64,000 bases of DNA from contig DAKD01000016.1 in assembly GCA_002499085.1 (NCBI GenBank), positions 88,880 through 152,879 of the forward strand. The letters run 5' to 3'. Position numbers and translations under genes: made by a program. Below are positions 36,492-45,341 of the stretch, one piece after another. How positions within the stretch are numbered: position 1 is the first letter of the stretch; the number at the start of each line of letters is the position of its first letter. Source of the stretch: Methanomassiliicoccales archaeon UBA280 (GTDB lineage Archaea > Thermoplasmatota > Thermoplasmata > SG8-5). The notes below the pieces were generated by a model. That model did not search any database. It saw only the letters and a list, made by a program, of their open reading frames with translations, and was not told where the DNA came from.

Positions 36492-39179
36492 ATGAAAACT
36501 TGGAGGAAGGAAGCAAGCCTTCTTTTGGTGGGAATGATGATAATGAGCGGACTGGTAGCCTTCAGCGCGCCAGTGATTGCGGACACACAGGTAGTGAACA
36601 ACAGCTTGGAAGTCGTCTTCAACCCCGCGTTCATGGTTGACGAGCTTGTATGGTCGAAAGACCCGACCGTAAACAACCCCTATAACCTGGGCGAGGGAGA
36701 CGGCATTGACGACGACGCGACCACAGCCGACTCCTGCACACTCAGGATAACGATCAGGAACATCGACGCGGACGCGGCACAGGATTTCTACCTGAACATT
36801 ACACAGTACCAGGCATCGGTCTTCGACTTCAGGGACACTGTAGCTGCAACAGCGGGAGTTCAGGTGTCTGTAGGTCCGGTCGCGATCGCCTCCGGAGCCA
36901 CAGCGAACTTCAATTTTAACTTCGACATCCTGGCGACAAACATACCCCTGGGAACAAGCTCCAACACGCAGATAACGTTCGCATGGGACTACATCGACGC
37001 AGGCGGACCGACAGACGTAACTGGAAACCGCAACGGACACATCTACATCGCATCGATATTCGATAACCCAGCGGAGGACCTCGACGAGCAGCTGCCGAAC
37101 ATGGAAGACGAGAACGATGACGCTGAGTTCGAGGCAGGAGACCTGTTCGAGGAAGCCGAGATGGACCTTCACAACTACGAACTGGGCACGGACAACATCG
37201 ACGATCTGACATGCGTGGTAACAGTTCCGGCATCGAGCGGGATAACCTTCTCCGGTGGCAGGGACACATGCATGATACCCGCCGGCATCAATGTCGGAAC
37301 GACAGCGTCCACCCTCTACAGGGTAGATGTTGCAGCCGGAACGCCCCCGGGCGTTTACACCGGTAGCGCCGACATCACATACACAAGGGCGGACAGCGGC
37401 CTTACAGTCACCGAGAACGACCTTGCGGTCGACTTCGAGGTAGACTTCTCGTTCGACGATGACGACCCAGTGCCGGAAGGCGAACTGTACTCACAGTACC
37501 AGTGCTACGCGACAGGCGTCACTGTGCTCAACTACACCAGGCAGGTGGACTACGTTGCTCCGTATGACATACCCGTCATAGAACAGAGCGACTACACAGA
37601 CCAGACACTCGAGCTTGAAGTCACCATAATCAACAACGGAAACAGCGACCTCTACAACGTCGAGTTCGAACTGGACCCGGCTGGCTGGCCGTACTTTCGG
37701 AACCCACTGTTCTTCTGGGAATCTGCAGGCACTCTTAATTACGACTCTATCAGTGATACTATTGATATCGCTGCTGGCGATTCGATCACGTTCACGATGA
37801 CAGTGTTCGTGGATGCCGCGATTCCGATAGGGGAACACAGGCTCCAGATACTCTACAGGGGCTACTACTTCGACGACGGATCCCTCGGTAACCCGACAGG
37901 GTTCATCGAGACCAACGGCGGAGACGACCTCGAGATACTGTTCAGCATATGGGTGGACGACCCGGTCATACAGTGCCACATATCCGCGATAGACACGACA
38001 GTCACCGACGAGGTCGGCGACAAGGACGACATCAGGGCAGAAACACTCACAATCTCGGTTGTCAACGATGAGGAATACAACTTCATCGACATCACCGCGA
38101 GGGCAGACTTCACGGGAACACCCTGGTACATGCCTGTGATCAACATGGCTGACCCATGGGTCGCAGCGGACAATGCCAACCCGGCAATGCCCCTGGGCGC
38201 ATGGAACGGCGGCGCAACCATGGACCTCGACTTCACCGTCGACACATACCCGACCTTCGTGCCGGACAGGTACCCCTTCTCGCTGGAGATAACCGCAGTC
38301 ATCCAGGAGACACTCGAGATAGTGACAGTGGTCCTCGACTACACGCAGGGCGCGGTCATCGACTTCACAGGATACGGACCTGACATCTACATCACCGGAT
38401 TCACGGCAGAGGACATTGTGCCCGGCGAACCGTTCGAGCTCGTGCTGGAAATCAGGAACGTCGGAGACGACACGCTCAGGGACGTCACCCTCCAGATAGA
38501 CACGGACGGAACCGACGAGTACCCGTGGGACATCGAGCAGGACTTCAAGGAGCAGTTCGACTGGTCCGGCGTATTTGACAACTGGGGCGGCTCAGACGCA
38601 ACCGTCGGACAATCTGGCGGAGTTACCTGGAACGGCGACTTCCCCGAGGACATGTTCTACACTGTCGAGGACCTTGACGTGGACAACATCAGGGAAATCA
38701 TCGAGATCAACCTGTTCATGGACGGCGTCTACTCTGACCCGGCGGCAAGTATAGCGTTGATACACATCTCGGACCTCGCAGCCGGCGCCAACACGACCGT
38801 GACCTTCACCATGATAACGGACAAGGACATGGTCAACGGAAAGCCCTACGACTTCCCAGTGTGGATATGGGGCATCGGAGCTGACGGAGAGGACTACGAG
38901 GCCGAGCGCTGGATAACGGTGCAGACCTCGATCCCAGGCGACTCCTACAACCCGGTTGAGCTGAACTGGTTCGACGCAGGCCTCAAGGCCCTCGCGCTGT
39001 TCCTGTTCTTCATCATCGTGCTGGCAATACTCCTGTTCGTGTACAACATGTTCAAGGGCGAGCCGTACGACGAGGACGAGGAAGACTTCGACTTCGAGGA
39101 CGAGGAACCCTTCGAGCCCGAGACGGAAGCGCCAGGCGACACTCCGGTCGAGAAGAAGGAAGAACTGGTAGAACCGTAA
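36492..39179 (+). CDS. acidic secreted surface protein with C-terminal TM anchor and acidic cytoplasmic tail (candidate S-layer or cell-surface structural protein)
   Basis: Signal peptide MKTWRKEASLLLVGMMIMSGLVAFSAPVIA. 895 aa, D/E/T-rich, beta-rich composition. C-terminal ALALFLFFIIVLAILLFVY followed by a DEDEEDFDFEDEE tail. Strong SD and terminator hairpin. Confidence 0.7.
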   Translation: MKTWRKEASLLLVGMMIMSGLVAFSAPVIADTQVVNNSLEVVFNPAFMVDELVWSKDPTVNNPYNLGEGDGIDDDATTADSCTLRITIRNIDADAAQDFYLNITQYQASVFDFRDTVAATAGVQVSVGPVAIASGATANFNFNFDILATNIPLGTSSNTQITFAWDYIDAGGPTDVTGNRNGHIYIASIFDNPAEDLDEQLPNMEDENDDAEFEAGDLFEEAEMDLHNYELGTDNIDDLTCVVTVPASSGITFSGGRDTCMIPAGINVGTTASTLYRVDVAAGTPPGVYTGSADITYTRADSGLTVTENDLAVDFEVDFSFDDDDPVPEGELYSQYQCYATGVTVLNYTRQVDYVAPYDIPVIEQSDYTDQTLELEVTIINNGNSDLYNVEFELDPAGWPYFRNPLFFWESAGTLNYDSISDTIDIAAGDSITFTMTVFVDAAIPIGEHRLQILYRGYYFDDGSLGNPTGFIETNGGDDLEILFSIWVDDPVIQCHISAIDTTVTDEVGDKDDIRAETLTISVVNDEEYNFIDITARADFTGTPWYMPVINMADPWVAADNANPAMPLGAWNGGATMDLDFTVDTYPTFVPDRYPFSLEITAVIQETLEIVTVVLDYTQGAVIDFTGYGPDIYITGFTAEDIVPGEPFELVLEIRNVGDDTLRDVTLQIDTDGTDEYPWDIEQDFKEQFDWSGVFDNWGGSDATVGQSGGVTWNGDFPEDMFYTVEDLDVDNIREIIEINLFMDGVYSDPAASIALIHISDLAAGANTTVTFTMITDKDMVNGKPYDFPVWIWGIGADGEDYEAERWITVQTSIPGDSYNPVELNWFDAGLKALALFLFFIIVLAILLFVYNMFKGEPYDEDEEDFDFEDEEPFEPETEAPGDTPVEKKEELVEP

Positions 39180-39191
39180 GCCAGAAAGAAT

Positions 39192-39222
39192 GAGGGGCCG
39201 CAAGGCCCCTCCCTTTTCTAAT
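39192..39222 (+). terminator. intrinsic terminator-like hairpin plus T-tract after the surface-protein gene
   Basis: gaggggcc gcaa ggcccctc followed by ccttttct. Confidence 0.5.
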
Positions 39223-39229
39223 TTTCTAT

Positions 39230-39790
39230 TATCTTTATTTTCCTTATCTCAATCTGGCATTCCATTGAATGCCAGTTATACGAAGAACGAGCAGGCTCAC
39301 CCGGAGTTTTTCTATTTCTGAATTTTTCTTTTTGCGAAGGGTGAGCCAGCGGAGTTCTGAGTTCAAAAAGAAAAACTCGGCCCCACCATTTTCTAATTTT
39401 TCATTATTTTCTTATTAACAGCGTATGCGATGACGGGGGTCTGAGGCACCGGGAATGCGAAGAACGAGCAGGCCCCCCGCAGCTTTTTCTTTGGAGCCCG
39501 TGCTATCTTCCCGGGCACCCAATCAACCACATATGGTTTTCGAGCAGGTTTATTCGGCATCCAAAGTCCTGAGGGACATTTGGAATTGCCGCAACAGACC
39601 TGGGCACCCGGCTAACCACTCAGATTTTTCGAGCAGGTTGACCAGAGCTTTTTCTATTAATAAATTTTTCTTTTTGGCGACGGTCAACCAGCGGAGAAAA
39701 ATCTTTCAAAAAGAAAAACTTCAGCGGAGAAAACCATTAAAAGAAAAATACTCGACAATAGGTATTTAAGCCAAGATTTCTATGGGCCGG
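39230..39790. repeat. 560-bp intergenic array of repeated hairpin units (TTTTCGAGCAGG-stem-T-rich loop-stem-AGCGGAG) and short direct repeats
   Basis: Unit 1 at 39288-39354: cgagcagg CTCACCC...ttttctatttctgaatttttctttttgcgaag GGTGAGcc agcggag. Unit 2 at 39627-39697: cgagcagg TTGACC...tttttctattaataaatttttctttttggcgac GGTCAAcc agcggag. The stems differ but stay complementary. Additional TTTTCGAGCAGG at 39470 and 39538; tcaaaaagaaaaact twice; cattttctaatttt twice. Confidence 0.5.
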
Positions 39791-39794
39791 TAAT

Positions 39795-40499
39795 ATGGCC
39801 AAGAAGCGCAAGCGCATGGAGGAGAAGAAAGAGGAACTGGAGTACAAGCCTCCGGAGTTCGACAGGCTCGAATATGTGAAGACGGAGGTGGCCGCCTCCA
39901 AGGCGACCATAATCGCGGCGCTGTTTGCCATCCCGATCGGTATGGCGGCATGGTACGTGATGCCGGTGGGAGGCACAGCCGGCGGTCTGATGGCAGGTCT
40001 CGGAGGCATGTCCCTGCTGTGGATACTCCTGCCCAAGCTGAAGCTCGAGGTTCAGAATTTCAAGTGGACCCAGTGGGCCGGCGTGTTCTCCACCCATTTC
40101 CTGGTGTTTCTGGCAATTTGGGTGGTGGCATGCAACCCCCCGTTCAGCGACATGGCCTCGCCCGTGATAGAGGACGTGCAGGTGAGCTGGGACGGCGGCA
40201 ATTGGACTGCGGTCGAAAAGTCCCTGGCAGGCCAGTGGGAGGCAGCCAGACCCGCCAATGTAGTGGGCAACATGACCATTCGGGCGGTCGTGACTGACAA
40301 CCGGGACCTGAACCGGGGCAATGTGACAATACAAAACCGCTCGCAGCCTACCGAATTTATGACTTATGATACAAATTCGGAGGACGAGATTTTCACGAGC
40401 CGCACATTCTATTACGTGGCAAGCGGAAGTTATTTCACAATAACCGCATATGACCGCAACGGCAATGCCCCGGCCGTGTTCATTTTCACGGTTGTTTAG
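39795..40499 (+). CDS. hypothetical membrane protein (basic N-terminus, 3 predicted TM helices, C-terminal beta-rich ectodomain)
   Basis: 234-aa ORF. Hydrophobic segments IIAALFAIPIGMAAWYVM, LMAGLGGMSLLWILL, VFSTHFLVFLAIWVVA. TATA-like tatttaag about 27 nt upstream. Confidence 0.5.
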   Translation: MAKKRKRMEEKKEELEYKPPEFDRLEYVKTEVAASKATIIAALFAIPIGMAAWYVMPVGGTAGGLMAGLGGMSLLWILLPKLKLEVQNFKWTQWAGVFSTHFLVFLAIWVVACNPPFSDMASPVIEDVQVSWDGGNWTAVEKSLAGQWEAARPANVVGNMTIRAVVTDNRDLNRGNVTIQNRSQPTEFMTYDTNSEDEIFTSRTFYYVASGSYFTITAYDRNGNAPAVFIFTVV

Positions 40500-40512
40500 C
40501 CAAGAAATGAGC

Positions 40513-41850
40513 TTACACTCTTTCCCAGGGCATGAGCCTGTCCAGGTGAACGGATAACGCTTTCCTAATCTCAGCCCCGGCAGGCGCCTTCTCATGCACA
40601 GTCACCTTGGGTTTCAGGGCATTTAGGTCCTTGCCCGCATCTATGTTCTCGAGTCCCTGCCTCAGTGCTTCGGCCGCTTCTACGAATCTCCTTTTGACGA
40701 AAACATGCCAGCACGCGTCCCGGACGAAAAGCCCGGATACGGCCTCAGGGCTCGATCTCCATTTATCGAGGAAGCTGGCGGAATTCTCCGCTACATAGGC
40801 GGGCGGCCCCCTGTGAAGCATCGCATCGGGCAGGCGGGCGCTCTCCAGCATTATTATGATGACAAGGGATTGGCCTGAAACATGGCTTGAGGATTCCACA
40901 ACTCTGAAGCCTGCGGATTCCATGTGCAGGCAGACATTTCTCCCGAACTTCCTCAGTTGGGGGTGCAGGATGTCATCGATGAGGTCCGGAAGGGGCGCGG
41001 TGAGCACCAGCATCTCGCCTATCTGCGCAACCCGCTTGCGAATTTCGCCGATGCCCAGGATTTTGATTGGCTTGGGGAAGAAGAATTCCAGTTTCGGGCA
41101 GGCAAGGTAAGACCGGGACGCTGCAATGAATACCGCCATGTTATCTTCCGATACTGCGGAGGAGACATTCCTCGCAGGGTCAACCGGGTCGATGAAAGTC
41201 AGGGGCGAGTCGAATTTTCTCTCGGTATCGGGTCCGAGTTCCAGCCTCAGGCCGCGCCTCCAGCTTCCTGCGGCTTCAAGGCAAGCGCGAAATCCGCCGC
41301 ATCTGATGACGAGCAGTTCGCACAGGTACCCGGAGAACCCCATGGTCTTCGCGTCCGCGCCGTACGTGCCGATGCCCTTCATGAAAGCCTTCAGGAGCCT
41401 GACATCGTCCCTCAGTTCCGGCTTCAGATTCTTCTTGACAAATTCAGTGTGAAAAGGAGTGCGGTCAACCGCGGTCATCTTCTGGCTTGAATCAATGATT
41501 TTGTAGGCCGGGACAATGTCCACCCTCAGTCCCATGAACTCGCCCTTGATGTAAGGATGCTCGGCGTAATGCTCCCTGCCTGTAATGGCTTCCCTGCCTA
41601 TGGCAAGGCCGGTTTTCTCCAGCTCCTCTCTCGAAACCTCGGGTTTGAAAAGCAGGAACAGGTCCGCGTCCGGGTCCTTGAGATGGGTGCCCTTGGCAAC
41701 CGAACCCACAAGGTACAGTTCTATGTCCTTTCCCTGAGCGGCCTTTGTGGCCATGATCTTCTTTGTGAGAAGCTCCACTGTGTCTTTTATGCGCTTCTCA
41801 TCCTCGGGCGAGGGTTTCAGCCTGGCCAGTACCTCTCTCTCGGTGTCCAT
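40513..41850 (-). CDS. cca: CCA-adding enzyme (archaeal class I tRNA nucleotidyltransferase)
   Basis: N-terminal LYLVGSVAKGTHLKDPDADLFLLF (GSxxxG...DxD pol-beta NTase). Archaeal-type length and body. Confidence 0.85.
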   Translation of the reverse strand: MDTEREVLARLKPSPEDEKRIKDTVELLTKKIMATKAAQGKDIELYLVGSVAKGTHLKDPDADLFLLFKPEVSREELEKTGLAIGREAITGREHYAEHPYIKGEFMGLRVDIVPAYKIIDSSQKMTAVDRTPFHTEFVKKNLKPELRDDVRLLKAFMKGIGTYGADAKTMGFSGYLCELLVIRCGGFRACLEAAGSWRRGLRLELGPDTERKFDSPLTFIDPVDPARNVSSAVSEDNMAVFIAASRSYLACPKLEFFFPKPIKILGIGEIRKRVAQIGEMLVLTAPLPDLIDDILHPQLRKFGRNVCLHMESAGFRVVESSSHVSGQSLVIIIMLESARLPDAMLHRGPPAYVAENSASFLDKWRSSPEAVSGLFVRDACWHVFVKRRFVEAAEALRQGLENIDAGKDLNALKPKVTVHEKAPAGAEIRKALSVHLDRLMPWERV

Positions 41851-41892
41851 GCAAATCCCCTTTAGGCGCTGCCGGATAAATAACTTTCCCAG

Positions 41893-42113
41893 CCTAGTAA
41901 ATGTTCAGTGTTTTGAAGTTCGGGACTCGGGAAAGGGGAATCGTACGGAATGGCTGCTTCGCTGTCATATTGTTCGGGACTCGGGAAAGGGGAAGGGGGA
42001 ACCGTACGGAATGGCTGTCAAATACAGCCATTGATTCCGTCGACGCTTCCCGCTTCCCGCTTCCCGACCTGGCAATAGTCACACCTTCATTTCACTGAAT
42101 GCTTACCCAGCCT
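41893..42113. repeat. intergenic tandem and inverted repeats between cca and nop5
   Basis: gttcgggactcgggaaaggggaaNcgtacggaatggctg occurs twice in tandem (41926 and 41982). A partial inverted copy cagccattgattccgtcgacgcttcccgcttcccgcttcccgac follows. Flanked by the direct repeat cccagcctagtaaatgttcagtg / cactgaatgcttacccagcctatc. Confidence 0.5.
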
Positions 42114-43152
42114 ATCTGCGCTTTTGATGCCTGGCTTTCGGTTTGGGATATCTGCGCCTGATGTCCTCCACTCGCCTGGTGAGGTCAGCCTCGAGCTTCG
42201 GGCCTATGAATTCGTGGCCGTATCTATCCATCTTCACGGCGATGCCGATCTTGGCCGCGAGTGCCCTGGCTATCTTGCCTCTCTGCCACTGAGGCGCCCT
42301 GTGGATGATGGGGTGCAGGAATATGACGCCGTGCTTCGGGGGCTTGGCCTTTTCCTTTATGTGCTTGAAAAGCGCCTTCTCCGCTCCGAGGAGCTGAATG
42401 GTGCTGGCCGGCACTTTCGAAAGCCTGTCAAGGCCGCCCGTAAGCGAGATGAGCCGCGCCCCGATGAGCGCGCCGGCCACATGGGCGGTGTTGGGTGCGA
42501 GGTCCCTCATCCTGGCCTCGATGTATCGCTCCATGCCCCTTTTCTTCTCTGAAGCGTCAAGGAGGGCCGCAGCCAGGGACTTCATGGCTCTTGCGTCGGC
42601 CTCTGAAACCTCGCCTCCGATGGAACCGGGGAAACTGACATTGCCGGACTCCAGCATGGACTTCCTGTCCCCGTATTTTGCTATCAGTTCGGCGTATTTT
42701 GTCTCGGGGACCAGCCTTGTCAGTTCAGGGAAATTCAGCGCATGCCACTCGTGCAACCGTTCCGACATGAGGTTGACTATCTTGGTCAGGTCGTCTATTG
42801 TCCTTATGGCCTGGACTATGTGCTCGTCCGGAGAGGCCCTCGCCCTTACACGGTTCTTTCCGACGCAGAGCATGGCGGCTCCCAGCAGCTCATGGCTGAA
42901 GCCGTGATCCTCCGGTTCTATCTCGGGTTGGGGGAACTCAAGAAGGTCGCCGAGGTCGGCCAGCCTTCTTTCCCGGACACAAAGGCTTCTGCCTCTGGCA
43001 AGTTCTTCCTCCTCGGGCAGAACTCCCCCGCTGTCCACAGCTTCAAGCCTTTTGGAGATCTCATCCGGGTCGGCAGGAAAAAGTTTACTCTCCGTAACCC
43101 TGCCGTCATCGTCAGTGACGAAGGCGCCGAACCAGGTGGTCACTAGCTTCAT
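42112..43152 (-). CDS. nop5: Nop5 (Nop56/58) C/D box snoRNP protein
   Basis: Nop domain AHVAGALIGARLISLTGGLDRLSKVPASTIQLLGAEKALFKHI...KHGVIFLHPIIHRAPQWQRGKIARALAAKIGIAVKMD. N-terminal fibrillarin-binding domain-like start MKLVTTWFGAFVTDDDG. Confidence 0.8.
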   Translation of the reverse strand: MKLVTTWFGAFVTDDDGRVTESKLFPADPDEISKRLEAVDSGGVLPEEEELARGRSLCVRERRLADLGDLLEFPQPEIEPEDHGFSHELLGAAMLCVGKNRVRARASPDEHIVQAIRTIDDLTKIVNLMSERLHEWHALNFPELTRLVPETKYAELIAKYGDRKSMLESGNVSFPGSIGGEVSEADARAMKSLAAALLDASEKKRGMERYIEARMRDLAPNTAHVAGALIGARLISLTGGLDRLSKVPASTIQLLGAEKALFKHIKEKAKPPKHGVIFLHPIIHRAPQWQRGKIARALAAKIGIAVKMDRYGHEFIGPKLEADLTRRVEDIRRRYPKPKARHQKRR

Positions 43153-43183
43153 GTTTGAGGGAAAACCCCAAAGGATTAAAAAA

Positions 43184-44188
43184 CTATTGCAGTTTTTTCC
43201 GGGACAGCTCGCCCGGTTTGAATATCCCGCGCTCCGTGATTATGCCGGTGATGTATCTGGCAGGCGTCATGTCGAAGGCCGGGTTTCTTGCGGTTGCGCC
43301 TTCGGGGCATATCAACTTGCCGCCGACAAACCTCACTTCGTCCTGGCCCCTCTCCTCTATCGGAATGTCCGCTCCGGATTTCAGGGAGAAATCGAATGTG
43401 CTGACAGGCGCAGCAGTGTAGAAAGGTATTCCGTTCTCCTTGGCCAGCACTGCCTTCTCGTATGTCCCTATCTTGTTGGCAAAGTCCCCGTTGGCGGCTA
43501 TCCTGTCCGCTCCCACAATGACAATGTCAACCTCGCCGCGCTGCATGAAATGGCCTGCCGCATTGTCCGGTATGATGTTATGGGGTATGCCCTCCTGCAT
43601 AAGTTCCCATGAAGTGAGGGCCGCTCCCTGAAGGCGCGGTCTGGTCTCGTCAGCCAGAACCGTTATCCCCTTGCCCGAGCGGTGGGCCGCCCTAATCGGT
43701 GCGAGCGCAGTGCCGTGGTCAACAGTGGCAAGGGCTCCGGCGTTGCAATGCGTGAGAATTCTGTGGCCCCTATCAATCAAACCGTTACCGTGTTCCCCGA
43801 TCATTCGGCATTTCTCGACTATGCTGTCCGCGTATTCCTCGGAAGCACGGACAACATCCCTGCCTTCCGAAGAGGCTTCCAGCATTCTGTCCACTGCGTA
43901 GAACAGGTCGAATGCAGTCGGCCTTGTCCTCTTTAGCCTTGCCGCGGCCTCTTCAAGGTTGATACCTGTAACCTGGGCCAGGGCCATGCCGTAAGCTCCT
44001 GCGGCGCCAATGCTGGGCGCCCCCCTCACAGTCATGTCCTCGATGAACACGGCCACCTCTTCAACGGTTTTGGCGCTGACAATGTCGAACCTGTGGGGCA
44101 GAACCCTCTGGTCGATGAATTTCACAGCTCGGCCATCAAGCCAGAGCGCTCTAAGGTCCTGCTCCTTTCCGCCTGTTACGACTCTCAT
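43184..44188 (-). CDS. eIF-2B alpha/beta/delta-related isomerase (MtnA / ribose-1,5-bisphosphate isomerase family)
   Basis: LWLDGRAVKFIDQRVLPHRFDIVSAKTVEEVAVFIEDMTVRGAPSIGAAGAYGMALAQ and ILTHCNAGALATVDHGTALAPIRAAH are the hallmark family motifs. Confidence 0.8.
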   Translation of the reverse strand: MRVVTGGKEQDLRALWLDGRAVKFIDQRVLPHRFDIVSAKTVEEVAVFIEDMTVRGAPSIGAAGAYGMALAQVTGINLEEAAARLKRTRPTAFDLFYAVDRMLEASSEGRDVVRASEEYADSIVEKCRMIGEHGNGLIDRGHRILTHCNAGALATVDHGTALAPIRAAHRSGKGITVLADETRPRLQGAALTSWELMQEGIPHNIIPDNAAGHFMQRGEVDIVIVGADRIAANGDFANKIGTYEKAVLAKENGIPFYTAAPVSTFDFSLKSGADIPIEERGQDEVRFVGGKLICPEGATARNPAFDMTPARYITGIITERGIFKPGELSRKKLQ

Positions 44189-44279
44189 GCTCTCGTCCGG
44201 CCAAAACTCCCATGCTGTATTTCAGTGTTTCCGTCGCGCAATAGAAACATATATATCCAGACAGGTGGATTATCTCCAC

Positions 44280-45299
44280 ATGGAAGAGCAATCCCAAGGC
44301 GCAGGAAAAACGGTCATATCTGCCAGCGCCCTGGAAAAATTCGGATACTGCCCGCTCAGCTGGTGGCTGAGCAGGAACGAGCCAGATCCGGACTCGGAAC
44401 CCATGGATTCGGGAGAGAAGGCCCACACGGCAGTCGCGGAAGACCTGGGAAGCATAGTGCACGAAGAGAGCCAGGCCAAGATATTCGAGAGCATTGTCAT
44501 GTGGTTCGCCATAGCCGCAACGCTGATATCGATCATAGGCGTCTCGCTGCTCATAGAGGTGGGCCAGGATATCGGCATGATCATGGGCGTGATTGCGCTG
44601 ATTTGGATTCTTGCCGCCTGCTACTTCCTCTACAAGGCGGAAACAATGCCCCGCGGGGCATCGACCCTCAGATACCAGAGAATAATTCTCGTCTTCGCCA
44701 TAGTCGCGGCCGTGTTCGGGGTGAATTCAGTCACACTCCTTTCGGGATTCTTCCAACCCAAAGTGGCCCAGATCCTTCAGGCAATATCGCTCGCATGGCT
44801 GATAGCCGCAAGCTATTTTCTATATCACTCGCTCAAGAGATTCGAGCAGGCTGTGTTCAAGAGGCGCAAGCATCAGGTAAAACATCAGATAACCTATGTC
44901 GACACGAATGACAGAAAGCCAAAACTTTTCATATCCGCGAAGTACGGTTTATCAGGCAGGCCGGATTACGTGATAATGTCGGATGAGGAGCACATACCCG
45001 TCGAAATGAAGACCGGAAGGGTCCCCAGAGGGCCGCTTTTTTCCCACATTCTTCAGGTCGCAGCCTACTGCATCCTGATGGAGGAAGAGTTTGGGACTCC
45101 TCCGTCCCACGGAATCCTTAGGTATGGCCAGTCAGAACATGTGGTGGATTACGACCTCGCTCTAAAGCAGATGGTCATCATGAAGCTTGACGAGATGCGT
45201 GCCATTATGCGGAGCGGGGCAGCGCACCGCAACCACAATAAGGAGGGCAAATGCCGCCACTGCTCCCGGAGACCTATATGCCCCGAAAAACTGATTTGA
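44280..45299 (+). CDS. Cas4/DUF83-like PD-(D/E)XK nuclease with Fe-S Cys cluster and a four-helix transmembrane insertion
   Basis: N-terminal ISASALEKFGYCPLSWWL (Cas4 first Cys). Four hydrophobic helices at residues about 70-200. Core GRPDYVIM (motif II), PVEMKTG (ExK), QVAAYCILMEE (QxxxY), C-terminal KCRHCSRRPIC (CxxC...C). Start moved to Met 44280. Confidence 0.6.
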   Translation: MEEQSQGAGKTVISASALEKFGYCPLSWWLSRNEPDPDSEPMDSGEKAHTAVAEDLGSIVHEESQAKIFESIVMWFAIAATLISIIGVSLLIEVGQDIGMIMGVIALIWILAACYFLYKAETMPRGASTLRYQRIILVFAIVAAVFGVNSVTLLSGFFQPKVAQILQAISLAWLIAASYFLYHSLKRFEQAVFKRRKHQVKHQITYVDTNDRKPKLFISAKYGLSGRPDYVIMSDEEHIPVEMKTGRVPRGPLFSHILQVAAYCILMEEEFGTPPSHGILRYGQSEHVVDYDLALKQMVIMKLDEMRAIMRSGAAHRNHNKEGKCRHCSRRPICPEKLI

Positions 45300-45341
45300 T
45301 AGGCAGTACTATTATTAATTAGAATTAATTGTCTATATTAT

